NCBI GenBank assembly: GCA_965644295.1
Contig: CBFFRP010000144.1
Coordinates: forward strand, 124,001-188,000
Direction of reading: 5' to 3'
Source: Paraphysomonas bandaiensis
Taxonomy: Eukaryota > Protista > Chrysophyceae
DNA length: 64,000 bases
Translations under genes and position numbers: made by a program
Notes under the pieces: model-generated
Seen by the model: only the letters and a program-made list of their open reading frames with translations
What the model was told of the DNA's origin: nothing
The model's database searches: none
Shown: positions 49,701 to 61,700 of the stretch, in pieces
Layout of the letters: each line of letters starts with the position of its first letter
Position numbering within the stretch: position 1 is the stretch's first letter

Positions 49701-52700
49701 GTGTAAAGCGTGAGTTGATCAGAGCATTAGGTGGTGGAGGTAGTGGTTCTGGTGTTCGCGGGCGTGGAGAGGATATAGAAGAGGATGAACTGAATGTTGG
49801 CACAAGGGTAGAAGCTCGGTACCGTGGTAAAATGAAATATTATCCTGGTGTAATTACTCGTGTTCGTCTTGGTGGTAAAGCGTTTGATATCGACTATGAT
49901 GATGGGGAGCAGGAGATGGGTGTAAAGCGTGAGTTGATCAGAGCATTAGGTGGTGGAGGTAGTGGTTCTGGTGTTCGCGGGCGTGGAGAGGATATAGAAG
50001 AGGATGAACTGAATGTTGGCACGAGGGTAGAGGCTCGGTACCGTGGTAAAATGAAATATTATCCTGGTGTAATTACTCGTGTTCGTCTTGGTGGTAAAGC
50101 GTTTGATATCGACTATGATGATGGGGAGCAGGAGATGGGTGTAAAGCGTGAGTTGATCAGAGCATTAGGTGGTGGAGGTAGTGGTTCTGGTGTTCGTGGG
50201 CGTGGAGAGGATATAGAAGAGGATGACTTGATAGTTGGCACGAAGGTGGAGGCACGATACCGTGGTAAAATGAAATATTATCCTGGTGTAATTAGTCGTG
50301 TTCGATTAAATGGAACATTTGATATTGATTATGACGATGGCGAGAAGGAGACGAGCGTTGAGCGTTCTCTTATCAGGAAGTTGGGAAGAAGTCGTAGTCG
50401 AAGTGCTAGTCGACGTCGTGATGACGATATTGAAGAGGATGACTTGATAGTTGGCACGAAGGTGGAGGCTCGGTACCGTGGTAAAATGAAATATTATCCT
50501 GGTGTAATTACTCGTGTTCGTCTTGGTGGTAAAGCGTTTGATATCGACTATGATGATGGGGAGCAGGAGATGGGTGTAAAGCGTGAGTTGATCAGAGCAT
50601 TAGGTGGTGGAGGTAGTGGTTCTGGTGTTCGTGGGCGTGGAGAGGATATAGAAGAGGATGACTTGATAGTTGGCACGAAGGTGGAGGCACGATACCGTGG
50701 TAAAATGAAATATTATCCTGGTGTAATTAGTCGTGTTCGATTAAATGGAACATTTGATATTGATTATGACGATGGCGAGAAGGAGACGAGTGTTGAGCGT
50801 TCTCTTATCAGGAAGTTGGGAAGAAGTCGTAGTCGAAGTGCTAGTCGACGTCGTGATGACGATATTGACGAGGATGACTTGATAGTTGGCACGAAGGTGG
50901 AGGCTCGGTACCGTGGTAAAATGAAATATTATCCTGGTGTAATTAGTCGTGTTCGTCTTGGTGGTAAAGCGTTTGATATCGACTATGATGATGGGGAGCA
51001 GGAGATGGGTGTAAAGCGTGAGTTGATCAGAGCATTAGGTGGTGGAGGTAGTGGTTCTGGTGTTCGTGGGCGTGGAGAGGATATAGAAGAGGATGACTTG
51101 ATAGTTGGCACGAAGGTGGAGGCACGATACCGTGGTAAAATGAAATATTATCCTGGTGTAATTAGTCGTGTTCGATTAAATGGAACATTTGATATTGATT
51201 ATGACGATGGCGAGAAGGAGACGAGTGTTGAGCGTTCTCTTATCAGGAAGTTGGGAAGAAGTCGTAGTCGAAGTGCTAGTCGACGTCGTGATGACGATAT
51301 TGAAGAGGATGACTTGATAGTTGGCACGAAGGTGGAGGCTCGATACCGTGGTAAAATGAAATATTATCCTGGTGTAATTAGTCGTGTTCGATTGAATGGA
51401 ACATTTGATATTGATTATGACGATGGCGAGAAGGAGACGAGCGTTGAGCGTTCTCTTATCAGGAAGTTGGGAAGAAGTCGTAGTCGAAGTGCTAGTCGAC
51501 GTCGTAATGACGATATAGAAGACGATATTGAAGAGGATGAATTGAGAGTTGGCACGAAGGTGGAGGCACGGTACCGTGGTAAAATGAAATATTATCCTGG
51601 TGTAATTAGTCGTGTTCGATTGAATGGAACATTTGATATTGATTATGACGATGGCGAGAAGGAGACGAGTGTTGAGCGTTCTCTTATCAGGAAGTTGGGA
51701 AGAAGTCGTAGTCGAAGTGCTAGTCGACGTCGTAATGACGATATAGAAGACGATATAGAAGACGATATTGAGGAGGATGACTTGATAGTTGGCACGAAGG
51801 TGGAGGCACGGTACCGTGGTAAAATGAAATATTATCCTGGTGTAATTAGTCGTGTTCGATTGAATGGGACATTTGATATTGATTATGACGATGGCGAGAA
51901 GGAGTCGAGTGTTGAGCGTTCTCTTATCAGGAAGTTGGGAAGAAGTCGTAGTCGAAGTGCTAGTCGACGTCGTAATGACGATATAGAAGACGATATTGAG
52001 GAGGATGACTTGATAGTTGGCACGAAGGTGGAGGCACGGTACCGTGGTAAAATGAAATATTATCCTGGTGTAATTAGTCGTGTTCGATTAAATGGAACAT
52101 TTGATATTGAATATGACGATGGCGAGAAGGAGACGAGCGTTGAGCGTTCTCTTATCAGGAAGTTGGGAAGAAGTCGTAGTCGAAGTACTAGTCGACGTCG
52201 TAATGACGATATTGAAGACGATATTGAAGAGGATGAATTGATAGTTGGCACGAAGGTGGAGGCACGGTACCGTGGTAAAATGAAATATTATCCTGGTGTA
52301 ATTAGTCGTGTTCGATTGAATGGAACATTTGATATTGAATATGACGATGGCGAGAAGGAGACGAGCGTAGATCGTAGCTTTATCAAAGTGTCTAGAAGGA
52401 AAAGTGAACGCGGATGCGATGAATACGGGGACTGGGATGTTGGCAGTCGCGTTGAATCTCGCCACAAAGGAACGTCATCCTTTTATTCTGGGATTATAAC
52501 CCGCGTCAGGTTTGGTGGAAAAGCCTTTGACGTAGAATACGACCATAACGGGGAGCTTGAAACGTCAGTATCTGCAAGCAATATTAGAGGTGTTGATGAA
52601 GTAAGGCACAAACGAGTGCGTCATTTGGAAAACATCAAGCCTAAAAAAGGGGCTCATCTAGCTGGAGATCGAGTTGCCTGTTATTGGTATCGCCCAAATT

Positions 52701-55700
52701 CCTACAGTGCACCAAGACTTTTTGAGACTCCCAAACCTGTGCGGATTATTCACTTTAACAATGACGGTTACTACACTGTGGAGTTTGAAACCGACGGCTC
52801 ATTTCTGGATGATGTGAGTGAAGACCACCTTGAAGACTGGGCTGTTGCGAATGAAAAGATGAGGAATGGTCGAACTCTTTCAGGAACAAAAACTAATACA
52901 CCAGACCTTCCTTCAGATTGGATTGCTATTTTAGAAATGTCGAAATCATTCGGGATGCAGAAGAGAAATAGAAACCGATACACTGCTCCAACAGTTGAAC
53001 AGTTACTACGAGAAAAATCGGATATGAAAAAGTTGCGTCTTTGTTTTGACACAGACACACTTGACGAATTTCAAGATGTATTTGAAGATCATGATCGACA
53101 TGATGATGGCGTCATAGATATTGATAAACTGCTCTCGTGTTTCAAAGCACTTGGTGCGGAAGCCTCTCGAACGGATGTAAAATTGTGGGCAAAGAACAGA
53201 GGAAAAAATGGCAAGCCTTTGAGAGCATTCGATTTTGTTGATATGATGTTTGCTTACGCGGCTCTATTTTATCCGCCTCCATCTGAGACAGACATGAGTG
53301 CTGTTGAGACCAGTATCCTCGCTCGCTCGCTCCGCCTAAATGGTGAATGGAAAGATATGAGTTACTTCGCAAGGAGTTTTGGTAGGAAACGGCTTCGAGA
53401 TCTGGAAAGCGCGTTCGATGCATACGCTGTTCGCGATAGTAGTGGGGAGCCGCGCATTCAAGTAAAGCACATGCTGGAAGCTTTCCATCGATGTGGAAAA
53501 TCTATTACTATGACGAGAATGACTGAGTGGATGACGGACGCGGACGTGCGTCCTCACGACGCACTATCTTTGGCCGATTTTGTTTCTGTGTTTGCATTTT
53601 TCTTTGGCCCTTCGTCAGCCGTGGCGTCTGCACATCCTGTGGAAAGTCGTGCTGGAGTTCGGTTGACACTATCTGAGATTGCCGTGAATGTACTGCAGGA
53701 AGAGAGATGGAGAGGCAGCGCAGATCAAGTCGATTCGTTTGTCCGTCGTTTGGGAGCAGGAAGGCCCGCTAGAACTGTGGAATGTATTGCCAAACTTCGA
53801 GACGCTTTTGATAGTATAGACACCGATTCTAGGGGAATTGTACCGATGGATAGAATTGCGGACATATTACGACATGCTGATATCCCTCCGGCTACTACGG
53901 AGTCCTACATTCAGACGTTCATTGCCAATTCGAAGAAGGCTATGAACCACTCTGTTGTGCTTCCAGAAATATTTGAACACTTTGGCTCCATAATTCAGGA
54001 TGTATGTGAGAGCTCCGTCAGTGTTGCGGAGGCACTGGCCATGTTTCGACTGCACAGTGACGTTTCGACCATACGATCTGCTATAGATCTTACGCTGAGG
54101 ATTATTGACAACATATTGTCACATACAAATGACTCCAAGTACTGGAGAATAAATGTATTGAGCGAGGTAAGGTAATTGTATTCTTGACATGGTTAATAGA
54201 TTAAGTAGGAATTTGCTGGGAAAATATGGCAATTTCCTGCTGGAACGGCTTTGATGCGCTCTGTTGGATTTAATATCAATCCAAGTGACTCTATATCTCA
54301 AAAAGGTAATAAACGTATGGTGATATCTTTAGAAGTACCCACACCAGACGGAGAGTATCCACCTGTTCTTCCGACTGCTGTGACAAATTCGTTGAAGGCC
54401 AAGAGGGTGGAAATTGAACAGGAATTGGCTGCTCTTGAGGGTGCCCCTTCTGTTGGAGCTGCTGTACGTGAGATTCGTCAACACCATTCTGCTGTTGAGA
54501 CTCGACAAGGCGCAGAAACTGCACTGTCATTAATTCGAAATGTTCTTGCGAACCCTCGTGACATCAGGATGTACCGCGTAAAGAAAGCAAACCCGGCGTT
54601 TTTTCGAACATTGGGAAGGCTGAACGGGTCGGAGCTGCTGATGAGGGCAATTGGCTTTGTATCAGGGAGTGACGCAGATGTCGGGGGAACCGAAGCTTCA
54701 GCTGGGGCAATATATGTGCTCCACTCTATTGGGTCTGGAAAGTTTGATGCAGCACGGCAGTTGACTGAGAAGCCTCTTCAAGGTTTGTATGTGCCGAGGA
54801 AATGTTATAGTATGCATGTGATGGATGAAATATGTCCAGGTACCCATGGGTTTAAGTTTCCAGCGCTAGATTCGGAAACAGAAAAATTTTTGTGGAGACG
54901 CAAGGCGGAATTAGATATGGCATTGAGGCAGTTAGATTCGATTGTTGGTACGCGGAAATGATATGCTATTTTTTCGTTGTAGTAATGTGTTAATGTAGTT
55001 GAGAGCGTGAGCGAAGCGGCCCCAGTGTCTACTTTATCCGATCCAATGACTGCAGTGAAAGATGAATTGGCCACTGGAAGTATTGGAAAGCATTCCAAAT
55101 CAACGAAGGTCAAGCAGTCAAGGTCATCGTCTAATAAACAGCACCCTGTCAGTGTGCCAGTTCTGAAGAATAAATCTACTTTGTCGTCGTTGCAAGATTA
55201 TTTGAATGGGGCATCACCTGCTCAAGTTACTCAGATTAATATGATCCGCCGAGTCTTTGAAATTATGGATGCTGATGGTGATGGCTTGTTATCTGCTGCC
55301 GATGTTAAAGCATACTTCCGTGCTATTAACAGAACTGCGACGGACAATGTTGTGCACAAGTGGATTCGAGAGCGTGATATTGATCAGGATGGTGCCGTTT
55401 CTCTTGTTGAATTTGTTTCGAGTTTCGCATATCAGCTTGACCCATTGAGTAAGAACTCTGGGTCGAAAGCACATGGTCGGGACAAGGGCATTCCATCGGC
55501 TATTGCTACAGCTTTTGGAACAGTTAGACTGGCATGTTCCCCGCCAGAATTAGTCGATGCGGTGAATACTGCCAGCAATTATATACAGAAAATACTTGAC
55601 TCGCCAACTACTAAAGAGTTTTGGAGAATTCATATTGGGGATTCACATTTCCAGCAGAAGTTAGGGCGGCTCTTGGGAGGTGTCAAATTAATGCAAGCAC

Positions 55701-58700
55701 TAGGGTTTGAGCTTGAAGAAAATGGAGATATCCTCGCGCTGAGAGACGAGCACGGGGCTAAGTGGGAGACAGTTCCCGTTCAAATGAGAAAGAAGCTGGC
55801 TAGGAACCTCGAGGAACTAATGTTCCATAAAAACTCACTTTTGGAGCCATCTGTGAGTAATATTGCGGCAGGTTTGTGCACCTGGTCATGATTACTATGT
55901 TGTTGATATTGAGGTTTTGTAGTATCAAGTGCTGTGGGACTGTGCGGCGAATCATTTGAAAAAGCTACTGAGTGGGGCGTCGCCATTGAGTCTGTCATTT
56001 CGATACTGAACAATATTCTTAACCACCCCGATGAACCCAAATATTATACAATAAATCCATCCAATATGCACTTTCACAGAAGGTATTCTAGCTTTATATC
56101 TGGTACTCTGTATTCTTATTGCGATGTAGAATCGGTCGACTTGATGGTGGCATTCAAATGCTTGTTGCTCTGGGGTTTCGTGAGGAGGAAGGCGGAGTCC
56201 TCACTCTTCCAATGGGGTCTAATCTGTATGACTTAAGTGCCAGAAAGCATGAGTTTGAAGTTGGATTAGAGCAACTTCGAAAGCGAATAGCAATGGATAG
56301 CACTCGGGATTTCGGTAAGCAGGTACAACCAGATGGTGGGGACGAAAGTATACCACCACAGAAGAATGATCCCAGTGTCAATATTGCACGGTGAGATAGT
56401 TGTCGATAAGCAATTTTGATCTGCGTACTAATATGAAGTAGTTCTGTATCTGCAGGTGAATCAAATATACAAACCCAACAACTTGTGAAGCCTACGAGAG
56501 CCATTGGCAAAAAAGTAATGAATGACTTGAAAGAAGAGAAAATGAAGAGGATGAAAGCTGAAACAGCTCTGCACAGACAGTCTGAGTTAATCAAAGACCT
56601 TCAAGCTGTGGTCAGCACACTGCAGAATCGTGAGGAAAGTCACTTATCGTTAAGACAAGGTTTGACCATTGGAAGACTAGATGTGGATGAGAAAAAGGAA
56701 TTGGAGAAGGATGTCAATAGGCTGGGCAAAACGAGTTTTGCTTTCGAGAAGCAAGATGCATCACAATCAACAGCCAAGCAAGTTTCCAACAGTGCTCCTT
56801 CAGCATCGCAGCGTCCTGCGTCAACCCGAGGTAGCGTTAGGGGTGGCAATTCTGTGGAGATAAATGTACTGAATTCTGCGACCACTGTTCTGGTGGAATC
56901 ATGTTCTGTCGGTGATATGAAATTGCTGACGCAGAGTAGCGACGGATTCACGAGGGGAATGAAGGTGCTTATTGGGTCTGGGACCAAAACTGAGATACGC
57001 ACTGTAAGTGGACTGGGTAGCATATTAATTGATGCTCCACTCGCCTTTGCACATCCTGCTGGGGCTCCTGTGTTTGGAGTAGCGCCCACCCAGTCGAATA
57101 TCAAGCGACTGCACAAGAAAATGATGATTGAGTTCGCGCGGGGGGTTATTATCGAGGATGTTATTCCGGATGCAGTAAGGCAGGGATCTCAAAAGCACAC
57201 AGAGTACTTGCTCAATAGTTTTTACGTCAAACGACCAATCGCTACACATACGTTTATTATCCAGCCACTTAGCTGTGCGCAGTTATCCACCGGTGAATAC
57301 TGCAGGACATCATTGTGTTCAGCCTCTTCACATATGGGGCGAATTTTATATGGGTTGAAGGACAAAGTTCGAGTTGTGGATGCCGAATTGAGCGCTGTTT
57401 CCGTTGTCAATATGTTTTTGACATTCTGTGATGATTGTGACGTGAGGTACAGTATGCCTGAGATGCTATTATCAACTTTTCAAATGCACCTTGAGATTGA
57501 TCCCATGATATATGGTATCTTTTCACGTATAGCATGCTATCAACATTTTTCAAGTCCGGTAGAAATGTTTTCCTATTATGCCGAAGGAAAAGAAGCCATG
57601 CGCTGGTCAACTTATTTTTCGATGATGACAGGTACGAAAGCATCGACAAAGGAAAAGGATATTGGTATACAAGAAGCAGATTCCCTTGGCATTTGTCCCC
57701 GAACTTTAACTTTGCTTGGATGTGTATTTGATTTGCTTGACAGTGATGGAGATGAACTGCTGTCTGTGCATGAAGTATGCTGTGCGTTTGGCGAACTGGA
57801 TGGTGTGCCTCCTTCACGACGTGACATTTCAATGTGCACGCAGCTTGCAGTTGATTACTCAATTCAAAGCCCAGTGATAGATTTCCACTCTTTTATGACT
57901 CTACGAAGTAGATATTCTAAACTTGCACACATCCTACCTGGTGGCCTAAGACTCGCGGGACGGTGGACACTCCGTTGTGCTTGTTCAAACTACGCTGCAA
58001 TTCAAAGGAGTTCATTCATTAGCCCAAAGGCGATAAAAGATCATATTCCTTCGGACTTGTTGACATGTATTCATTTACCTACACAGATGACGGTGGAGTC
58101 AGTAATTGATCACATGACATCCTCTGTATCTTCGGATTATATAGAGCTAAAATTGTGTGGTGCCTCCTTATTTAGCAATGCCCCTATTTTGCCGGCACGA
58201 GAAACTAATATCTTAGAAATATCCAGCGAAGGTTACCAGGTTGCTCAAGTCACAGTCGATTGCAGTAAATCGCGGGCGTTCGTGTTGTGTACGGACGGAG
58301 TAGTTCATGTTATTGATATTTTATCTGGCCGAGAATTATTCAAACAGAGAGTTATCTGGTCAGAGCCGATTCTATCTCGGACAATTGAAAGCCATGATAA
58401 GTTTGTGAGGTGGCGTAAAGACACATTGTCACGCATGCAGCAGCCACAAGGCGACGATACTGAGAAGATATCGTCCCAATTAGCCAGTTATGTTCTATCC
58501 CTTCCACACACTGGAAATCTATTAGCTGTAAATGGCGATGGTGGCCTTGTTGTGGTGAATTGCAGTGTTTCTTGCGGTGCACTATGTATACTTGATGAGC
58601 TCTCTTTACGTAGAATATGTCGTATAAAAGCGCCTGGAAGACTGAGCGATGTTCTGGAAGGTGCTGTTCGAAATATTTCTTTCGGACATAGAGTTGATGT

Positions 58701-61700
58701 CACACCGCATTCCCAGGAATGCACGGGCGCGGTGTGTAGTTTGTCAGTGTGTTCGAGGCGCTGTGTAATTTTCTGTCAGCTATACAATGCGCCTGATATA
58801 CACTGCTTGTCGTTATTTAACGGAGAAACTGTTGCTGTACTCGGAGGACATCTCAATACAATTTCAACTTTCGAGATATGTAATTCTCAGAGGTTTATAC
58901 TGACTGGATCCGTCGACTGTACTATCAGGCTCTGGAAATTTGACACCTGCCTTCCACATGAGATGTTACATCGGAGTGAAAGCAACGCGGTAAAGAAAGT
59001 AATTGCTGCATCTCTGGTCTCGAAGGCACCTCTGCGTGAGTTAGGATATACTTTAGCAGCGTTGATAAACATCTCTGCTACTTGGCGACGAGGAACTATA
59101 ACTGGCTTTTGTGATGGCGAACATCATTCCAAGGAGCCATTTTCTCTACATCATTCTTTCGAAGTCGAAGTTATGTTTGAAGATGCCTCTGTGAAATCAT
59201 ATGCGAACAGATCTCTGCTCCGATCTCCCGAGGAGGCAATTATTGCTCCAAGCGGCCCTCCGCAGTGGAAGAATTCTGAGGCAAGGTTAGCGTTGGGTGC
59301 GGACATAGTTGTATTTGAGGTTGATCCCGAATGCGCAGCATTGGCATTGGCACGATATTTGGGTGTTGAAAGCTTTGCTGTTCAGTGTTTCAAAGACTGG
59401 GCAACCTTGGTTCAAGATCTCATTGATAGCACGGGCACAAACGGGGTCAATGTCTCCAACGCTCTCTATTTAGGTGGGCTACACTTAAATAGACGAGTAT
59501 CACTAACAGAGTTCATGCGAATTGTGTTCGATATGTCGCATCTGTTGCAGCGAGGTACTGAAAGCCGCACTAAATTTTGTGACAAGCTTTTGTTTGGTGG
59601 ACATTCTGCTGCAATAGTCTCGGCTGTCTTCTCAGATATTGCTAAGGTAATAGTATCAGTTGATCAAAATGGGTGGTGTTGTTTGTGGGACACTAACAAT
59701 CCCCGAGTATCACTGTCCTTGATTAGCCCTTTCTCTTCTCCTGCTCTAGTAGGTCACCACCCCTTTTCCTTGGTGGCGAGAATGCAAATTGCAGACTGTA
59801 AACTTCCACACATTGCTGGGATGAATGTATCTGTTTCCTCTATGTGCAGGTTCTCGTGCCCATCAGATACAACTCCACCTTTTCCTTTGACGGCAGAGAG
59901 CTTGAATGCAGCGTACAAGGTCGACTGCAAATTTCCTACAGATGAAGTCAAAGTCCGGGGGCTTATATATGTCATGGTTGATATGACTCGTATTTGTCTA
60001 GAGACAACCGCCTTTCTTCCTAGTTTGGTGTCCATGGATTGTGCGAATGCATTCATGTGCAGTCCAACATTGTTGTCCAACATTGTTACTCACCAGGGAA
60101 AATCGTCATTGCAGCGTTTGTATGAGTCGAGGGATCGAATCCACCGTATTGTTTACGCAGTATCATGCGCTCATAGCTCTCTAGAAAGGCTAGCAGGTGA
60201 TCTCTCTGCGTATGGTGTGCTACAACGTGGCTATACCAAAACTCCTTCTGAACGAATTGATGTTGTGTGCTTCGAAAACTCCAGTTCTCGCGCTTATTCA
60301 GTGAAGTCAACAACCGCTGATGCTATACGACCTGCAAATTGTCGATGTGGTATAATTGTTGGGCATTTAAAGGACGATAAACTCATAGTTGCGTTGGACA
60401 ACTCGAACGATATAATTCACGTGAACATGTCAGACATATTGGTTGCATTCGACAGACCATCCGCTTTAAAAAATGAAAACGAAGACCGTTTCATGTTGGG
60501 GTGCAAGGTTAAGTTTAAGTACAGCTCTGTGACTACGGACAGGGTGGGGTACAAGGACAACGCGAATACAGCTGAGATGTTTGTCGTCCAACTGAATTTG
60601 TCAACCGAGAAGGAACAGATGGGCACATGCGCGGTCACTATGTTTGTAGGCCGAAACTCATGTGTAATGGCCGCAGCTGATTGCTGCAAAACGTCAGTGT
60701 CTGAGGCTACCAGTAAGCAACTCCGAATTTCATACATGAAGTATCTTGAGAGATTATTCGGTTCCTACAGTGCGTTTTTATTTCGGCGGTCATCATTGCT
60801 TAGAGGTTGGAGATCGTGTTTTTCATATAATGCCTGTAGGGTTCTGCAGTCAGGTGTATTTGTAGACAAGGAAAGACTTATTTTACTAGGCGAACTATCT
60901 GGGGCAAGCGCGTTGCCTGCAGTCGGATCTCTCTCTCCAATACATGATTGTGTGTACTATTCCGTACTTGGTCTTGTACTAACTGGATTTTTGGAGTCAT
61001 GTGACGATTCTCACCCTTTGGCGTTGTATATCTGGACCGTTTTAGGACGCGATTTATCAGAACTCTTACGTTCAAACAAACACCTCGTTGAAGAAGACGT
61101 TGCTCGTGAAAACACGAAGCGTACCCAAGAAAAATATCGAGGGAAGTCGTGGAATGTGGATGACTTGTTTAAACCATTCCTGGGACGCCGTGGAATTCGC
61201 ACTGAGGAGCTTTTTGCGCATAGCTATTTTATGGCGCTCGGTGCAAAGGGAAATACAACAATTGAGATTGAGATTTTAAGTGATAAATTATATAATAATC
61301 TCCGCCGTAGTGGCACGTCGCTGAGCGATTCTATTGGACCCCTTATGCGAGAAGACATTACATTCTCCTGCATTACCACAGAGAAAATGATTGCTGTCGC
61401 AGCTGAAGGGTCTAGTGGGGCCGACAATGATGGTCTGCTATCCTCTTCTTTCAGAGTTAACATGAAGAATTTGAAGAAGAGTAAAGGAGCTATGCAATTC
61501 CTGCTGCGGGAAGAGTACTTTTTTTTCTTGAATGTACTTCTTAATCGTAAACTTGATTTGAGGCGAAAAGAAACCCGAAATTCATTCCAGGCATCATTGG
61601 CTACCATAATGGAAGCTTCGTTTTATATTCTGAAAGATGTATTGCGATCACCGAGGAATTGCACTGCAAACGGAAAAGTGAATTCCTTTAATCCAGTTTT

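Noticed and set aside
44285-52385. CRISPR-like or non-coding satellite reading of the tandem array
   Set aside because: Units are 216-249 bp, in frame and protein-coding, with no unique spacers and no cas genes.
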